Assembly (NCBI GenBank): GCA_951406725.2
Contig: OX597838.1
Coordinates: 24,676,001 to 24,740,000 of the forward strand
Length of the DNA: 64,000 nt
DNA from: Octopus vulgaris
Lineage: Eukaryota
Reading direction: 5' to 3'
In this document: positions 1 to 10,572 of the stretch, in pieces
Layout of the letters: each line of letters opens with the position of its first letter
How positions within the stretch are numbered: position 1 is the first letter of the stretch
Made by a program: the position numbers and the translations under genes
Notes under the pieces: generated by a model
Databases searched by the model: none
What the model was told of the DNA's origin: nothing
What the model saw: only the letters and a program-made list of their open reading frames with translations

Positions 1-28
1 GAAATGAAGAAACAAATGCATTATATAC

Positions 29-74
29 CTGTGTTTGTCACTGTTGCCGCACTGGAAGCGGAAACAGGCATCAT
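29..74 (-). CDS. Possible first coding exon of a gene divergent from RPL6 (MMPVSASSAATVTNT, continues left of the window)
   Basis: Minus strand reads ccaata-ATG ATG CCT GTT TCC GCT TCC AGT GCG GCA ACA GTG ACA AAC ACA G|gtatat. It is open, has a CAG|GTAT donor and lies ~170 bp from the RPL6 TSS. The product is not recognised. Confidence 0.3.
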
Positions 75-154
75 TATTGGTTGAAAAGTGAACTTTTTAA
101 CAATCTAAATGTGATAACAGAAAAATCAACCAAAAATGCAAACAGAGCGGTTGC

Positions 155-250
155 GAACTACGTCACGGCAACATTACAGTTAACTTCCGTTTCCGACAGT
201 GAGCACCGCTGAAACTAATTTGATTAAAACGTCATCAGTTTGTGTCTTTC
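155..250 (+). promoter_or_regulatory. RPL6 core promoter: CRE-like TACGTCAC (159-166) and ACGTCAT (229-235), tandem ETS/GABP-like ACTTCCG/TTTCCG (183-195), TCT initiator at ~245-252
   Basis: Motifs were read directly. A TCT initiator with ETS sites is the known architecture of animal ribosomal-protein promoters. A YY1-like AAATGGCG lies at 466-473 in intron 1. Confidence 0.6.
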
Positions 251-271
251 TTTTTAGCCACTACCTGGAAT
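246..271 (+). other. RPL6: RPL6 non-coding exon 1 with 5'TOP tract
   Basis: CTTTCTTTTTAGCCACTACCTGGAAT followed by a GTAAGT donor at 272. It begins with C plus a pyrimidine tract. Confidence 0.7.
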
Positions 272-867
272 GTAAGTAAAATGGTTGTTTATATGTCTCC
301 TTATAAATCCACTTTAATCGTGGCTTTTAGCCTTAAATTTATTTTCATCATCAAGAGAAAAGTAACATGAAAGATGTTTATTTCCGTTTCTATGCTTTAT
401 TATTTAGATTACTCATGCAAAATTGATATTATTACATGTTTTTCTCCTCTAACTCAAATTTTCATAAATGGCGATAGATTCATTTGTTAGAAGCACATGA
501 GTTTTTTTTTTTTTTCAAGAATCGTGTCTACATTCATTTACTATTTAGTAACTTTGTTCTTAGGAACATAACACTTTCCACATAATTCCCATGTAATGAA
601 CCTATTTCCACATGGGTTACATTCACGTGTATGTGTGTCTGTCCTCGTTAAATATATTTTCTCCCTCCTCCTTTCCCGTCGTGTCATTTTTCACCGTTCA
701 GAGCTTGATGCCTCTCGTACATATTGTTAAAATGCGGACAGAAACATTTTGTAAGTTTATAAATTTCCAATGGAGGGAGAGCTATTCATTTTATTATTGT
801 AATATCGACAAACTGAAACTGGCCTCGAGCAATATAAGCTATATTAACCAACCGAATGTGGACATAG

Positions 868-957
868 GTATATATACATATATATATATATACATACATA
901 CATATATATATATTTATATACATATATATACATACATATATATATTTATATACATAT

Positions 958-990
<33 letters not shown>

Positions 991-1011
991 CATGCATAAT
1001 ATATATATATA
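868..1011. repeat. (TA)n/(TACA)n compound microsatellite
   Basis: Seen directly; it explains spurious ORFs 612..1112 and 786..1025. Confidence 0.95.
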
Positions 1012-2880
1012 GGACTATAATCCAAATTGTGTTCTCATCTGCATATTCCAGCTATTATACATGTGTAGAACCATATACTTACACAGATATACTCCGCTCG
1101 TGTTGCCTCTAATTATTTTTAGGGGTTAATGTTAAGCTTTTTAGGCCCTAAGGTACGAATATCGTATACATTCATCACTGTCTCCTGTTGTTAGGGCTCC
1201 TTAAAGACTGAGTGGAATTCGAACCAACGCGAGGAGCCTCAGGTGCTCGACATCGTCTTCAAAATTTAAAGACGAGTAAGGCAATGAATAATACAAATGT
1301 GTGGTCTATAAAAATAAACAAGATTAGTTGGTCATGGTTGGAGCGTCGCTCATTTACGATTTTCAGTTCGTCCAGTTTTTAATAATTTGAACGTATACTA
1401 TTTATGTGTTCAGAAATATTGCTTTTTGTTTTTAACCACGGGCATTTTCTATGTAATAGCTGTTTAACACATGGTCAACCATCAATAAGCTGACCCATGA
1501 CCAAAAAAATAAAGCATCCAGACGCGATCACTCCCGGTTTTTTTTTCCTTGAAGCAGTGTCTTTATATATTTATATATATCTAATGTTTTCAAGAGAATA
1601 CGGTGATATTTCAAGGACATTGGCTACTATTTCTCGCCGATAAGGTGAGTACGTTGAGGCCTCTCGTTGGTTTGTTGTAGTAATTTCAAATCGAAGCCAT
1701 GGTAAAGTATTAACTCATCGTGTGGTTAAGAACTTCATAATCGCATGGCTTCGGGATCAGTCGCTTAAACGCATCATTGTGTTTACATTTTGTGCTTCTC
1801 CCAAAACCGATAAGCTACAAACAGTGCCGTTGTGGTCAACAAGTTTGCTTGGGGGCCTTGAAATTAGCGATCCCTTACTTCAAAACACGGGTATGGGTTA
1901 ATGGCAGGAAACACATCCGCTTATAAAACAGGGTCTCCATGACATATTCGTTTAATTTATTCCAGCAAGTAAAACTGAATGAACGAACATTTGTGTTGGT
2001 TTAAATTCAACGCACGTGTGACTAGTGTGTCTCCACAGGATTTCGTGAAACGAGGCAAAACAGTTTACTATGCATTAATGTGGATTCTTTGTTTTAGTTC
2101 ATGGAATCCTGTCTTAGGATGGTGGCGATTTGTAGTTCAAATCTAACCAGAAGACATGTCTCTTTTCTATGACTTTTTACCTATGTTTGAGATTGTTATT
2201 AAATAATGAGCAAGATGTGAACGCTGTAATATGCAGATGTGGCATTTTGTTCAAGTGTCGTCTTCTATATCCCTGGTTTGACCAAAGCTTTGAATGGATT
2301 TGGTAGGCGGAAACTGAAAGAAGCCCATCGTGTATGTATTACTATCTAGTGTCACCATCAATGCATGCAGTGTCCTTTGTTTCCATTCAGTCTTCCATGA
2401 AAACCTGGAAGAAATGTTATCTTGCTCTGAGACAGGTGAGGGTTGGTGACAGGAATGGCATCTTCCTGTGGAAAATTTACCATAACATGCGGGAATGGAA
2501 AGTGGTTGTTAAAACAAGGTTGGCAATTGTAGGTTATGTATTGAGGAGGAACTATCTTAATCGATTATCTGTGTTTGTGGATAATAACAATTATGTTCTG
2601 TTGAAAGCTCTATTCTGTGGGCCTTGGTTCAGGTACCTGATCTGGTTAACCCTTTTGTTATGATATTTCTGTTAAAATATACTTTCTTTCTTATAATTAT
2701 TCTGGAAACAATAATAAAAAAATCTTTGTGAAAATAGCTTTGTCATTATTAAACTGGTGTTTGGAACATAAATTAAGTTTCACTGGTTTTAATTTAGATG
2801 ACTTGAAAACAGAAACTTTGTACCATAATACCAAGGGCAGTTTCAGGAGGGTTGGTATGAAAAGGGTTAACAACACTAGG

Positions 2881-2969
2881 TGTGTGGCTATGATGGAAAT
2901 GTCATGATCTGTCAATCCACTGATTTTATCAAGTTTGATGAGAATTTATTTTGACGCTGAGCACACACA
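2881..2969 (+). ncRNA. Box C/D snoRNA, SNORD110/HBII-55-like, copy 1 (RPL6 intron 1)
   Basis: C box ATGATGG 2890-2896; guide GATCTGTCAATCCA; D' CTGA 2920-2923; C' TGATGA 2936-2941; D CTGA 2957-2960; terminal stem TGTGTGGC/GCACACA. The guide is complementary to the conserved 18S sequence GGAUUGACAGAU. Confidence 0.85.
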
Positions 2970-3991
2970 CATTAATATTTTAGTAAATTTGGCAATTTTT
3001 CTGCCCTTTACGAGTTTTTAACCCTTTAGTATTTAGATTACGCTGTCAAATGTAATGCTTATTTCTTGACGTTGTTTCAAATTAATCAAGGTTTATATCA
3101 TAGCTTTGAGATTTTGATGATGTGGTTGTAGGTATTTATGTTTTTAGAATTACATTGTAGGGTACCTAATGCAGAAAGACACACTATGAGACACATACAC
3201 TCACAGTCATATACAAAATGTAACGTCGTTGTGGTATATAATGCCCTGTTGATAATAGAAAGATTGCAGTGTGGAAGATGTTTGTAAGCCATTGCAGAAC
3301 ACACAAAAACTTAGTTTCACTTCAACATTTAAACTTCATTTGTGACAAAATATTTTTCGGCGCTTTGAAACCATGACCTGTTCACTGACAAAACTTCCTG
3401 CTGCATCTGAGAGAGTTAGTTCATGATTTATGTGTAAATGTGCATGCATGCGTATACACGTACGTATGTAAGTATATAGACGTGTATGTAAATGTATGCA
3501 TTCAAGTTGTATGTATAACTGTTATTCCGTCGATGGTTGTGTGTATATACACACACACACACATTTGTTCTGAGCACATGGTCTCAGATCAAGTCACTTG
3601 CTATGCAAGTACATCGCTGTAAATAAAAAAATTATCTCTATGAAATATATTGTTTTAATCGAAATGAAAATAAAATTTCGTATTGACATTGACCAGCCCT
3701 TACATGCATACAGTGTGTTTAACGTGCATAACACAGAAAGACACACACACACACCGTAAGACATATACACGCTCATACACATACATTCACCGACAGAAAA
3801 TGTGACAGCCTCATCGTTAGAATTAAAAGTTAAAGTATAAAAGTGAAACATAAGATCAAGTCTGTTTTTTTTTTTTGTCTTTTTCAAAGTATACTTGGTT
3901 TATATTTGTCTTAGACTGTGTGATTTGAAAGGGAATTGGTTGCTGTTTGTGATGGTCAAGCATCTACATAGGTGCTCTCTGGTTGGGACTG

Positions 3992-4076
3992 GTGTGTAGC
4001 CATGATGTACTCGAAATCTGTCAATCCACTGAATAAATCAGTTTGACGATAAACCATTTTGACTCTGAGCACACAC
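3992..4076 (+). ncRNA. Box C/D snoRNA, SNORD110-like, copy 2
   Basis: C ATGATGT 4002-4008; guide ATCTGTCAATCCA 4016-4028; D' CTGA 4029-4032; C' TGACGA 4044-4049; D CTGA 4065-4068; stem GTGTGT..GC/GC.ACACAC. Confidence 0.85.
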
Positions 4077-4779
4077 TTTTGGAAAAGGACTATGACCTGT
4101 CTGTTGCCTGGGCTTGGGAATTTGATGTGTGAACGTACTTTCTAAAAATTTTGTGGGGTGCAAAATCAATTTTCACATTCTTCTTGTGTTTAGAAAACAG
4201 CATAAAAATCTCAGCATAAAAAGCTACGAGATAATGCTAAAAGGTTGGCTGAAAGCAATGGATAAATAAGCATTACATTTGACAATAATCTGAATGCTAA
4301 GGAATTAGACATCAAAATCTGTCTTTTGGCACTGAGAATAATTTTAGATTATAATTTATATTCAGTTAGAATGATGGATTAGATTCAGAGTAAAGTATTA
4401 AGTTTGTCTTCCTACATTGTTTCACATTCCTTATTCGAAAATGACAAAACAAATTCAAATGGATATATGTACGATAATGTAATTATTTTGTCCAATTTCA
4501 ATTTACTGCTCTGAAACAGTGTATTGGTTCTGGTGACTATTTCTTTTGCATCATCAGTATCTACCATTATCATCGTCGTTTAACATGCACCTTTCATGCA
4601 GGCATGGGTTGAATGGTTTGACCGGAGACTCGACAGGGTTTTTTTACAGCTGGATGCCCTTCCTAACACCAACCATCCTGCAGAGTGGTGTGATGCAAGT
4701 TAATCGGAAAAGAACTGCCAAGCCTGGTTTCTATGATTTCATTTGTGTTCCCTTATTCTTGGTGGTGGCCACATAATTG

Positions 4780-4867
4780 GTGTGTAACCATGATGCACTG
4801 TCAAGATCTGTCAATCCACTGATTAAATCAACTTGATTGATAAACCCATTTGACACTGAGTTCACAC
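4780..4867 (+). ncRNA. Box C/D snoRNA, SNORD110-like, copy 3
   Basis: C ATGATGC 4790-4796; guide GATCTGTCAATCCA 4805-4818; D' CTGA 4819-4822; C'-like TGATTGA 4834-4840; D CTGA 4856-4859; stem AAC/GTT plus GTG/CAC. Confidence 0.8.
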
Positions 4868-5651
4868 TACTTTGGGCCTTGTCATTGTTGAAAAACTGGC
4901 TCTGATTTAGCTGGGTTCTGTTTAGTCTAGGTCCATATGACCCTTGAGGGTCCACATAAGATTTTGTTGTTAAAGTTTATGTTTGGTTTATTCTACAATA
5001 CACAAAATATTTAATGCAAAAATATAATTGTTTTTAGGTAGCGAATGGTTGTGAGAGTTCTAGCCCTTGAGTAAAATAAAAAATTAATGGGATCCATAGA
5101 TGAAAAAAGAATGAAGAACAACTTGTTTAGAAGACAGGGCAATATCCATAACCTTAGCAGGGGCTTTGGTACGACTGATAATCTGCTTACACATGCATGT
5201 CAACATCTGCAGGAAAGACAGAGAGAAGATTGTTAGTGCAGGGTGGAGGGACTGAAGGTGGTGAGGTGGGGGCAGCTTGTGGTATCGTATTAGGGATAGA
5301 AAAATATGAGGAGACTGCATGTCTGTGAGGCAGTGGCTGGAACTTTTGGTGTGAGATATTTCCGTTGTTGCTACCATTAAACCCAATTCATGCTCACTGC
5401 TATTGGGGTGAAGATGGCTATCTGCAAGTGTGAGTCAGAGTGGCTTTCCACCAAATCTCCCTTGCCATTCTCTGGCACAATACCTCTTCCGTTTTCTCTG
5501 CTGGGACCAGGGGTTGGTCTGAATCAAGAGAGCATAAGAATTTTGTAGTTCACTACACATACAATAACCTACTTCATTGTTGACTGATTCACTGCAAACT
5601 AGTTCTATAATAAGGATATGTAAATATTCACTCCTCCAGAAACTGTTTATT

Positions 5652-5866
5652 TTAGCCCTTTAGCATTTAATCCAACCCAAATGTTCTTCCTGTTTAATGT
5701 TCAAACCAACCGGATCCAACCTCTCACACCTACCATACAATTTCATTCTAAAATATACAAACACACCTTTGAAATCTTGAAAGCTACAAAATGTGTGATT
5801 ACTTCAAAATAATATGAATAAATAAGCAATATATTTGACAAAGAAATCAGAATGCTAAAGGGTTAA
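5652..5866. mobile_element. TTAA-flanked MITE (piggyBac-type ends CCCTTTAGCATT...AATGCTAAAGGG). Other copies at ~6765-6969, 45746-45978, 47451-47680, 48968-49190
   Basis: Terminal inverted repeats with TTAA flanks; the ~210-230 bp body recurs many times in the window. Confidence 0.65.
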
Positions 5867-5985
5867 GAATGGTGATCGGTAGAACAACAGGGAATGTAAT
5901 AACTTGTTTTGCAGTATTCGTTGATGTTCTGGTGTTGGAAACCATTATTACGATGCTTTTCATATTCTCCAACAGTTCATTCATT

Positions 5986-6258
5986 ATGGAAGGAACAGAG
6001 AAAAAGAAGCCTGAGACTAAAGCAGCAGCAGTAGCAAAGAAGGCATCAACCAAGCGCCGGCCTCGTAATCCAGTCATATCTTCAAGTGGTTTGAGGAGGT
6101 TTTCTAGATCTCGGGTGTACAAGAGGAGGAGGATCTTCATCAAGAAGGAACAACCTAAGACAAAAGCAGCTAAGAAGGTCAAACCTGCAAAGTATGTCGT
6201 GAAGCCTATTGGTGGTGAGAAAAATGGTGAAACGAGGAAAGTCCGTGTTAAGCGATTG
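5986..6258 (+). CDS. RPL6: 60S ribosomal protein L6 (eL6), coding exon 1 (exon starts 5976)
   Basis: Acceptor ccaacag|5976, ATG 5986, donor TTG|gtgagt. Peptide contains PRNPVISSSGLRRFSRSRVY and VKPIGGEKNGETRKVRV, the RPL6 N-terminal domain. Confidence 0.95.
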
Positions 6259-6467
6259 GTGAGTCATTGTATTTTTCTGTTTCCTGTGAGATTGAGTGAT
6301 TACTGGGTTGCTTCAAACTGACATGACATTACTTTCTTTGTCTCTTGGCAAACTATGTTGCTATTTTAGGTCACGTCGGCTTTGGTATAGTTTATTAGTC
6401 ATGTTAGTGTGTTTAACCTTTTAGCATTTAAACTGGCCATATCCAGCTCAATTTTCTGTTCAAGCTG

Positions 6468-6670
6468 TGAAGGCGCCTGGCTCAGTGGTTAGAGTGCCGG
6501 GTTTGCAATCGTGAGGTAGTAAGTTTGATTTCCAGGCTGGACTGTGTTGTGTTCTTGAGCAAGACACTTTATTTCACTTTCCTCCAGTTGACTCAGCTGT
6601 AGAAATGAGTTGCAATGTCACAGGTGCCAAGCTGTATTGGCCTTTGGGTAACATCAGTAGCATGGGAACT
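6468..6670 (+). mobile_element. tRNA-derived SINE family B (A box TGGCTCAGTGG; core TGTGTTCTTGAGCAAGACACTT). Other copies at ~27373-27704(-), 45982-46302(+), 47125-47450(+), 50241-50560(-)
   Basis: tRNA-like head with A/B boxes; multiple interspersed copies in the window. Confidence 0.75.
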
Positions 6671-7593
6671 TTAAAGGTTCTTACATAATTCTGTTTTGTT
6701 TTTTTTCATTGACCCCTGACAAAAAGACTTCTTGCAAGCAGTGTCTGTGAGATGCTAAGGTATTTAACCCTTTAGCATTTGATCTGGCCAAAATATTCTG
6801 TTTTATGTCCAAACTGACCAGATCTGGCCTCACACCTACCCTATAATATCATTCTAAAAATGAACAGTTACCTCATCAAATTTTCAAAGCTACAAGATGA
6901 TGCATGATTAATTCAAAGCAATGGGAATAAATAATTGCTTTTGACAATAATCTGAATGCTAAAGGCTTAAATTCTTTATTGGAAGAACCACTAAATTATT
7001 CTGTTGTGTCTAGGGAGAGTCATTTTCTTTTTGTGCCTTATAATTTAACACACTCACTGGTAAAATTTTCACTTATTCCTTATTTTTATTTTCCTAAAAT
7101 TTTCGTTGCATCTTGCAACCTTTTCAATAGTCTTGACTTTGTCCGTAATTCACACTGCGTTCCTGTTTCTTGTGCCTGTGTGGTCAGTAGCAAATTTCCA
7201 TTCTGCTGTTCTTTGTTTCTTTGGACAGTCTGTTTCCCTGACTACTGACTTGATTTCAGTGTTTCAGAACTGAAACGAGATATATTTTGTGTAGTGGGAG
7301 CTGGATCATAATCTTCTCCACTTTATCCTATGTAGAAATATTGACCCACAACTTCAGGGTTTAAATTTATGCTCCATCCCTTTGTCGGTAACATTGGTAG
7401 ATTGGCAAGTTACAGCAATTTAGCTTACATTTTACTCAACTTGTGGTAATGGAACTAAAATTACGGTACCTTGATCATAGTTTTGATTAGTTGCTTGGTT
7501 GTCAAACTTTCTGTAAAATTTTAAAGAATAAATAAATGGTAGGTGCTTTAGAAACAAGAATGACCTTTATACAGTATGAAATTTTTCTTCCAG

Positions 7594-7734
7594 CCTCGCC
7601 ATATTCCAACACAAGAAGGTAGAAAAAGACAGTCGAAACACAGGAAGCCATTCTCTAAGCATAAGCGTAATCTGCGCAAATCTATTGTTCCTGGAACAGT
7701 GCTTATTCTGCTAGCAGGAAGGCATAAGGGAAAG
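7594..7734 (+). CDS. RPL6: RPL6 coding exon 2
   Basis: ttccag|CCT...AAG|gtatgt; PRHIPTQE...[21 protein letters not shown]; phase 0/0. Confidence 0.97.
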
Positions 7735-8619
7735 GTATGTGTATTTCTTCAGCTTTGTGGATGTTAACTAATGTCCATCTGTCTTTTCTTTTCTCTCTTT
7801 CTCACTCTTTCCTGATTATCAATTGACTACGAGGGTCCCACCTCCCTGAGTAAAACAGGAGTCGTTCAATATAATCAGTTGGCTTGAGATTGTTAATGCT
7901 AAGAAACTAACTTTGATTTTCCTGGTCTTGTGCCAGGATTTGCATTTAGCACAGTTGTTGCTGTTAATTTTTGTGCCAAAGGTTTAAGATTGTGTCATGA
8001 ATTGAAGAATTGTACAGGACTGAGTGATCTCTTTAATGCTCTGCCCTAACAGTTTTTTTTCTCTTGGTGAGGAATTACTTTCTGTACAGAATTTAAAATG
8101 GTTATTAGTGAAAGAAGCTTGTGGATGGATACATGTTGAATATTAAAGATTAATTTTTACTAACCAACATATTGTGATTTTTGAAGCACAAAGAAAGGGT
8201 CCTTAATCAATTCTGTTGCATAACTTTTGTCTTTAAGTGACCCTAATTACAAGTAAATTCAACAAAATATAAAAATAAATTTTGTTTAAGCATCACCATA
8301 GAAAATGTCAGCTAATATTCAATTTTAATATAGAAGAACTGCATATCACTAGATTATTAATTGCATTTAAGGCACATAAGAACAGGTGTACCATAAAGGT
8401 CAAATAAAAATGAAATAAACTTGCATGAATACACAGCCCTAGTCAAACCGTCCAGCCCATGCCAGCATGGACAACAGACATTAAATGATGATATGTAATA
8501 AAGATTTACAAAAGAAATTAAATCAAAACTTGTCACTCACCTGACAGGTAAATAAAAAGTGAAAACGAAGTAATTTTGAAAAATATTTATAAGATCAAAT
8601 CATACATATATACACTATT

Positions 8620-9260
8620 CACACTATTTCTGTGCTGGTAACTTGTAAAACATCCCACTCTACATAATGCAACCTTGCAGAATGAACATTGGAAAGCAGT
8701 TTTAATTTTGTTTTTTCTATATCCAATGGCAGCCCTTTTCTACTAGCAATAACTGTAGCACACGTATGTTATCACAGCTTCTAAATCCACTGCAAGTTTA
8801 ACCAAACTAAAAAAAAATTTATCAAAAAATAATATATGGCTGTGGTTACAGTATGGAAGCGATAAATTCCAGACCACATCGTACCAGAGGCCATGCTGAC
8901 TTACATAGTTGTCCCTTTTCCCTATATAAAAACTAAAACCACAACAGTACCCTGTATTTGCTTTGCAAATCTTCCAAACTTTGATCCCCCACTTTGTGGG
9001 TTTTCCTGGCATGTATTGTCGGAAATGTAGTCTGCCTTTATACCTCACTATGTTCTCATCAATGGATAAAGGTATATACCAGGGTTGTAAAGTGTTTTAT
9101 ATGCAAATGCAGTTATTGAAGGGTCTTATTTTAAAAAAAGGGAGCTAAGTTTGGTTCTCCTTGTACTGGGGTACTACTAGTGTCTCACACGTAAATAGTT
9201 TTACAAATCCTGTATTGATGCTGGAAATGTATTGGACTCCAAAAGGTGCATTACTCCACT
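8620..9260 (-). mobile_element. Internally deleted, degenerate piggyBac (PGBD4-like) transposase
   Basis: SIDE..RYKGRLHFRQYMPGKPTKWGIKVW..C..TGY and FFDKFF (catalytic region), joined to the C-terminal Cys-rich TAFQCSFCKVALCRVGCF..Y.H at ~8630-8705; contains stops. Confidence 0.85.
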
Positions 9261-9440
9261 TCAATTTCTTTCAAAAATTGAAATAAAAAGGGAGTATTCT
9301 ATTTACTTATATTATTGAAGACAGAATGGGTTTGTTAGGAAACGTCCCTTATTTTTGTTTTCATTTTAATGTATTGTTTCTTCAGTACTGATGATAACAA
9401 GAATTGTGAAAACTCTATGATAATTCTTTCTTTCCTCTAG

Positions 9441-9489
9441 CGTGTTGTATTCCTGAAGCAGCTTAGCAGTGGTCTGCTCCTTGTGACAG
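9441..9489 (+). CDS. RPL6: RPL6 coding exon 3 (49 nt; not in the ORF track)
   Basis: ctctag|CGT GTT GTA TTC CTG AAG CAG...ACA G|gtaagg = RVVFLKQLSSGLLLVT(G). Confidence 0.97.
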
Positions 9490-9964
9490 GTAAGGGCTTT
9501 TATAGTATTTCTACCATTTTGGCCTTTCTTTTACCATGATATTCCTGCTGTTGTCTCCTGTTTATTTCTATATTGGGCTAGTGTTCAGAGCACAGCAAGG
9601 AGGTTACTCAAATAAATTTACAAAATTTTCATTTTAGAGTTACTCTAATTACATGAATTAAGTAAAATATACAATTTGCCATCCTTTAAAATGCCATTTT
9701 CAATATTTGGGATAAATAATAATAGTCGACAGTTGTGTGCGTATAAAACTGCATGTGTGTGCAAAGAGGCAACAAGAGAGCACGAAATATTATTGGAGTT
9801 TGGGAAAGATATCCTAGTGAAGGATAGCAACAGAATTTTCTCATGTTATATCAAAGATAAGGTGCATTCTAAGGATACATTGTGTATATATACACACACA
9901 CAGGGAATTGTATTTGTGCCCATATCCATTAGCATCCCTCCCTTGTTTGCAATCAGAATGCCAT

Positions 9965-10330
9965 ATGTTTGTTGAGAGGCGTTCTTTGTGCAACATGTAG
10001 TTGAATGTTGTCTTGCAAGAGAATTGGCCTGTCTATAAGGGATTGAAACATCAAACCTTACTGCTAACTCACATGTAGTTTGAGATGTGTCCACTTCCAC
10101 TACAGTTTCCAACTCATCATTATCCACCTTGGTCTCGGGTCTACCACGGGGCTGATTTTCAAGAGTAAAGTCACCAGGCCGGAACTTCTCAGACCATTAA
10201 CGTACAGTGAGCTCATTTGCCACATCTTCGTCAAATACCTCATTGCTGTTTGGGATGCATTGGTTCCATGACAGAACTATTTATAAACAATACGAATTTT
10301 TGATCTATCCATGGAATCACAAAAATTGAT
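9965..10330 (-). mobile_element. Degenerate mariner transposase fragment
   Basis: MDNDELETVVEVDTSQTTCELAVRFDVSIP (mariner HTH linker region) and an LQDN..HVAQ motif; frameshifted. Confidence 0.7.
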
Positions 10331-10504
10331 TTACAAAAGAAAACTCACAATGTAATCAAATACCATGAATTGTATAGCGAAAAGTGATGTAACTCTTCAA
10401 TGCTGTAAAGGAAAGAATTGCCAGGATAGGGGCATAAAGTCTGACATTTCATTCAGAATGACCTGATAATGTAAATGTTCAATTTCCTTCTCTTAAGTTG
10501 AGCT

Positions 10505-10572
10505 CCTGTTAACAAATATAATTCTTTGATCTGTCAATCCTCTGAACTCTCATGTCTATAAATTCTTAGCAA
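10505..10572 (+). ncRNA. Degenerate fourth SNORD110-like copy (RPL6 intron 4)
   Basis: GATCTGTCAATCCT+CTGA at 10528-10545. There is no clean C box, and the D-like position reads CTTA (CTTAGCAA). Confidence 0.4.

Noticed and set aside
612-1112. 166-aa and 79-aa ORFs
   Set aside because: Products of the (TA)n microsatellite.
1144-1255. Two small hairpins plus a reverse B-box (GGTTCGAATTCC) in RPL6 intron 1 as a tRNA or H/ACA RNA
   Set aside because: No cloverleaf and no H box; too weak.
5146-5410. RNase P RNA (ACCCAATTCATGCTCA resembles CR-V; TAGCAG/CTGCTA could form P1) or telomerase RNA
   Set aside because: No convincing CR-I/P4 partner and no CUAACCCU template.
5847-6267. Antisense ORFs over RPL6 exon 2
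   Set aside because: Shadow frames of the real coding exon.
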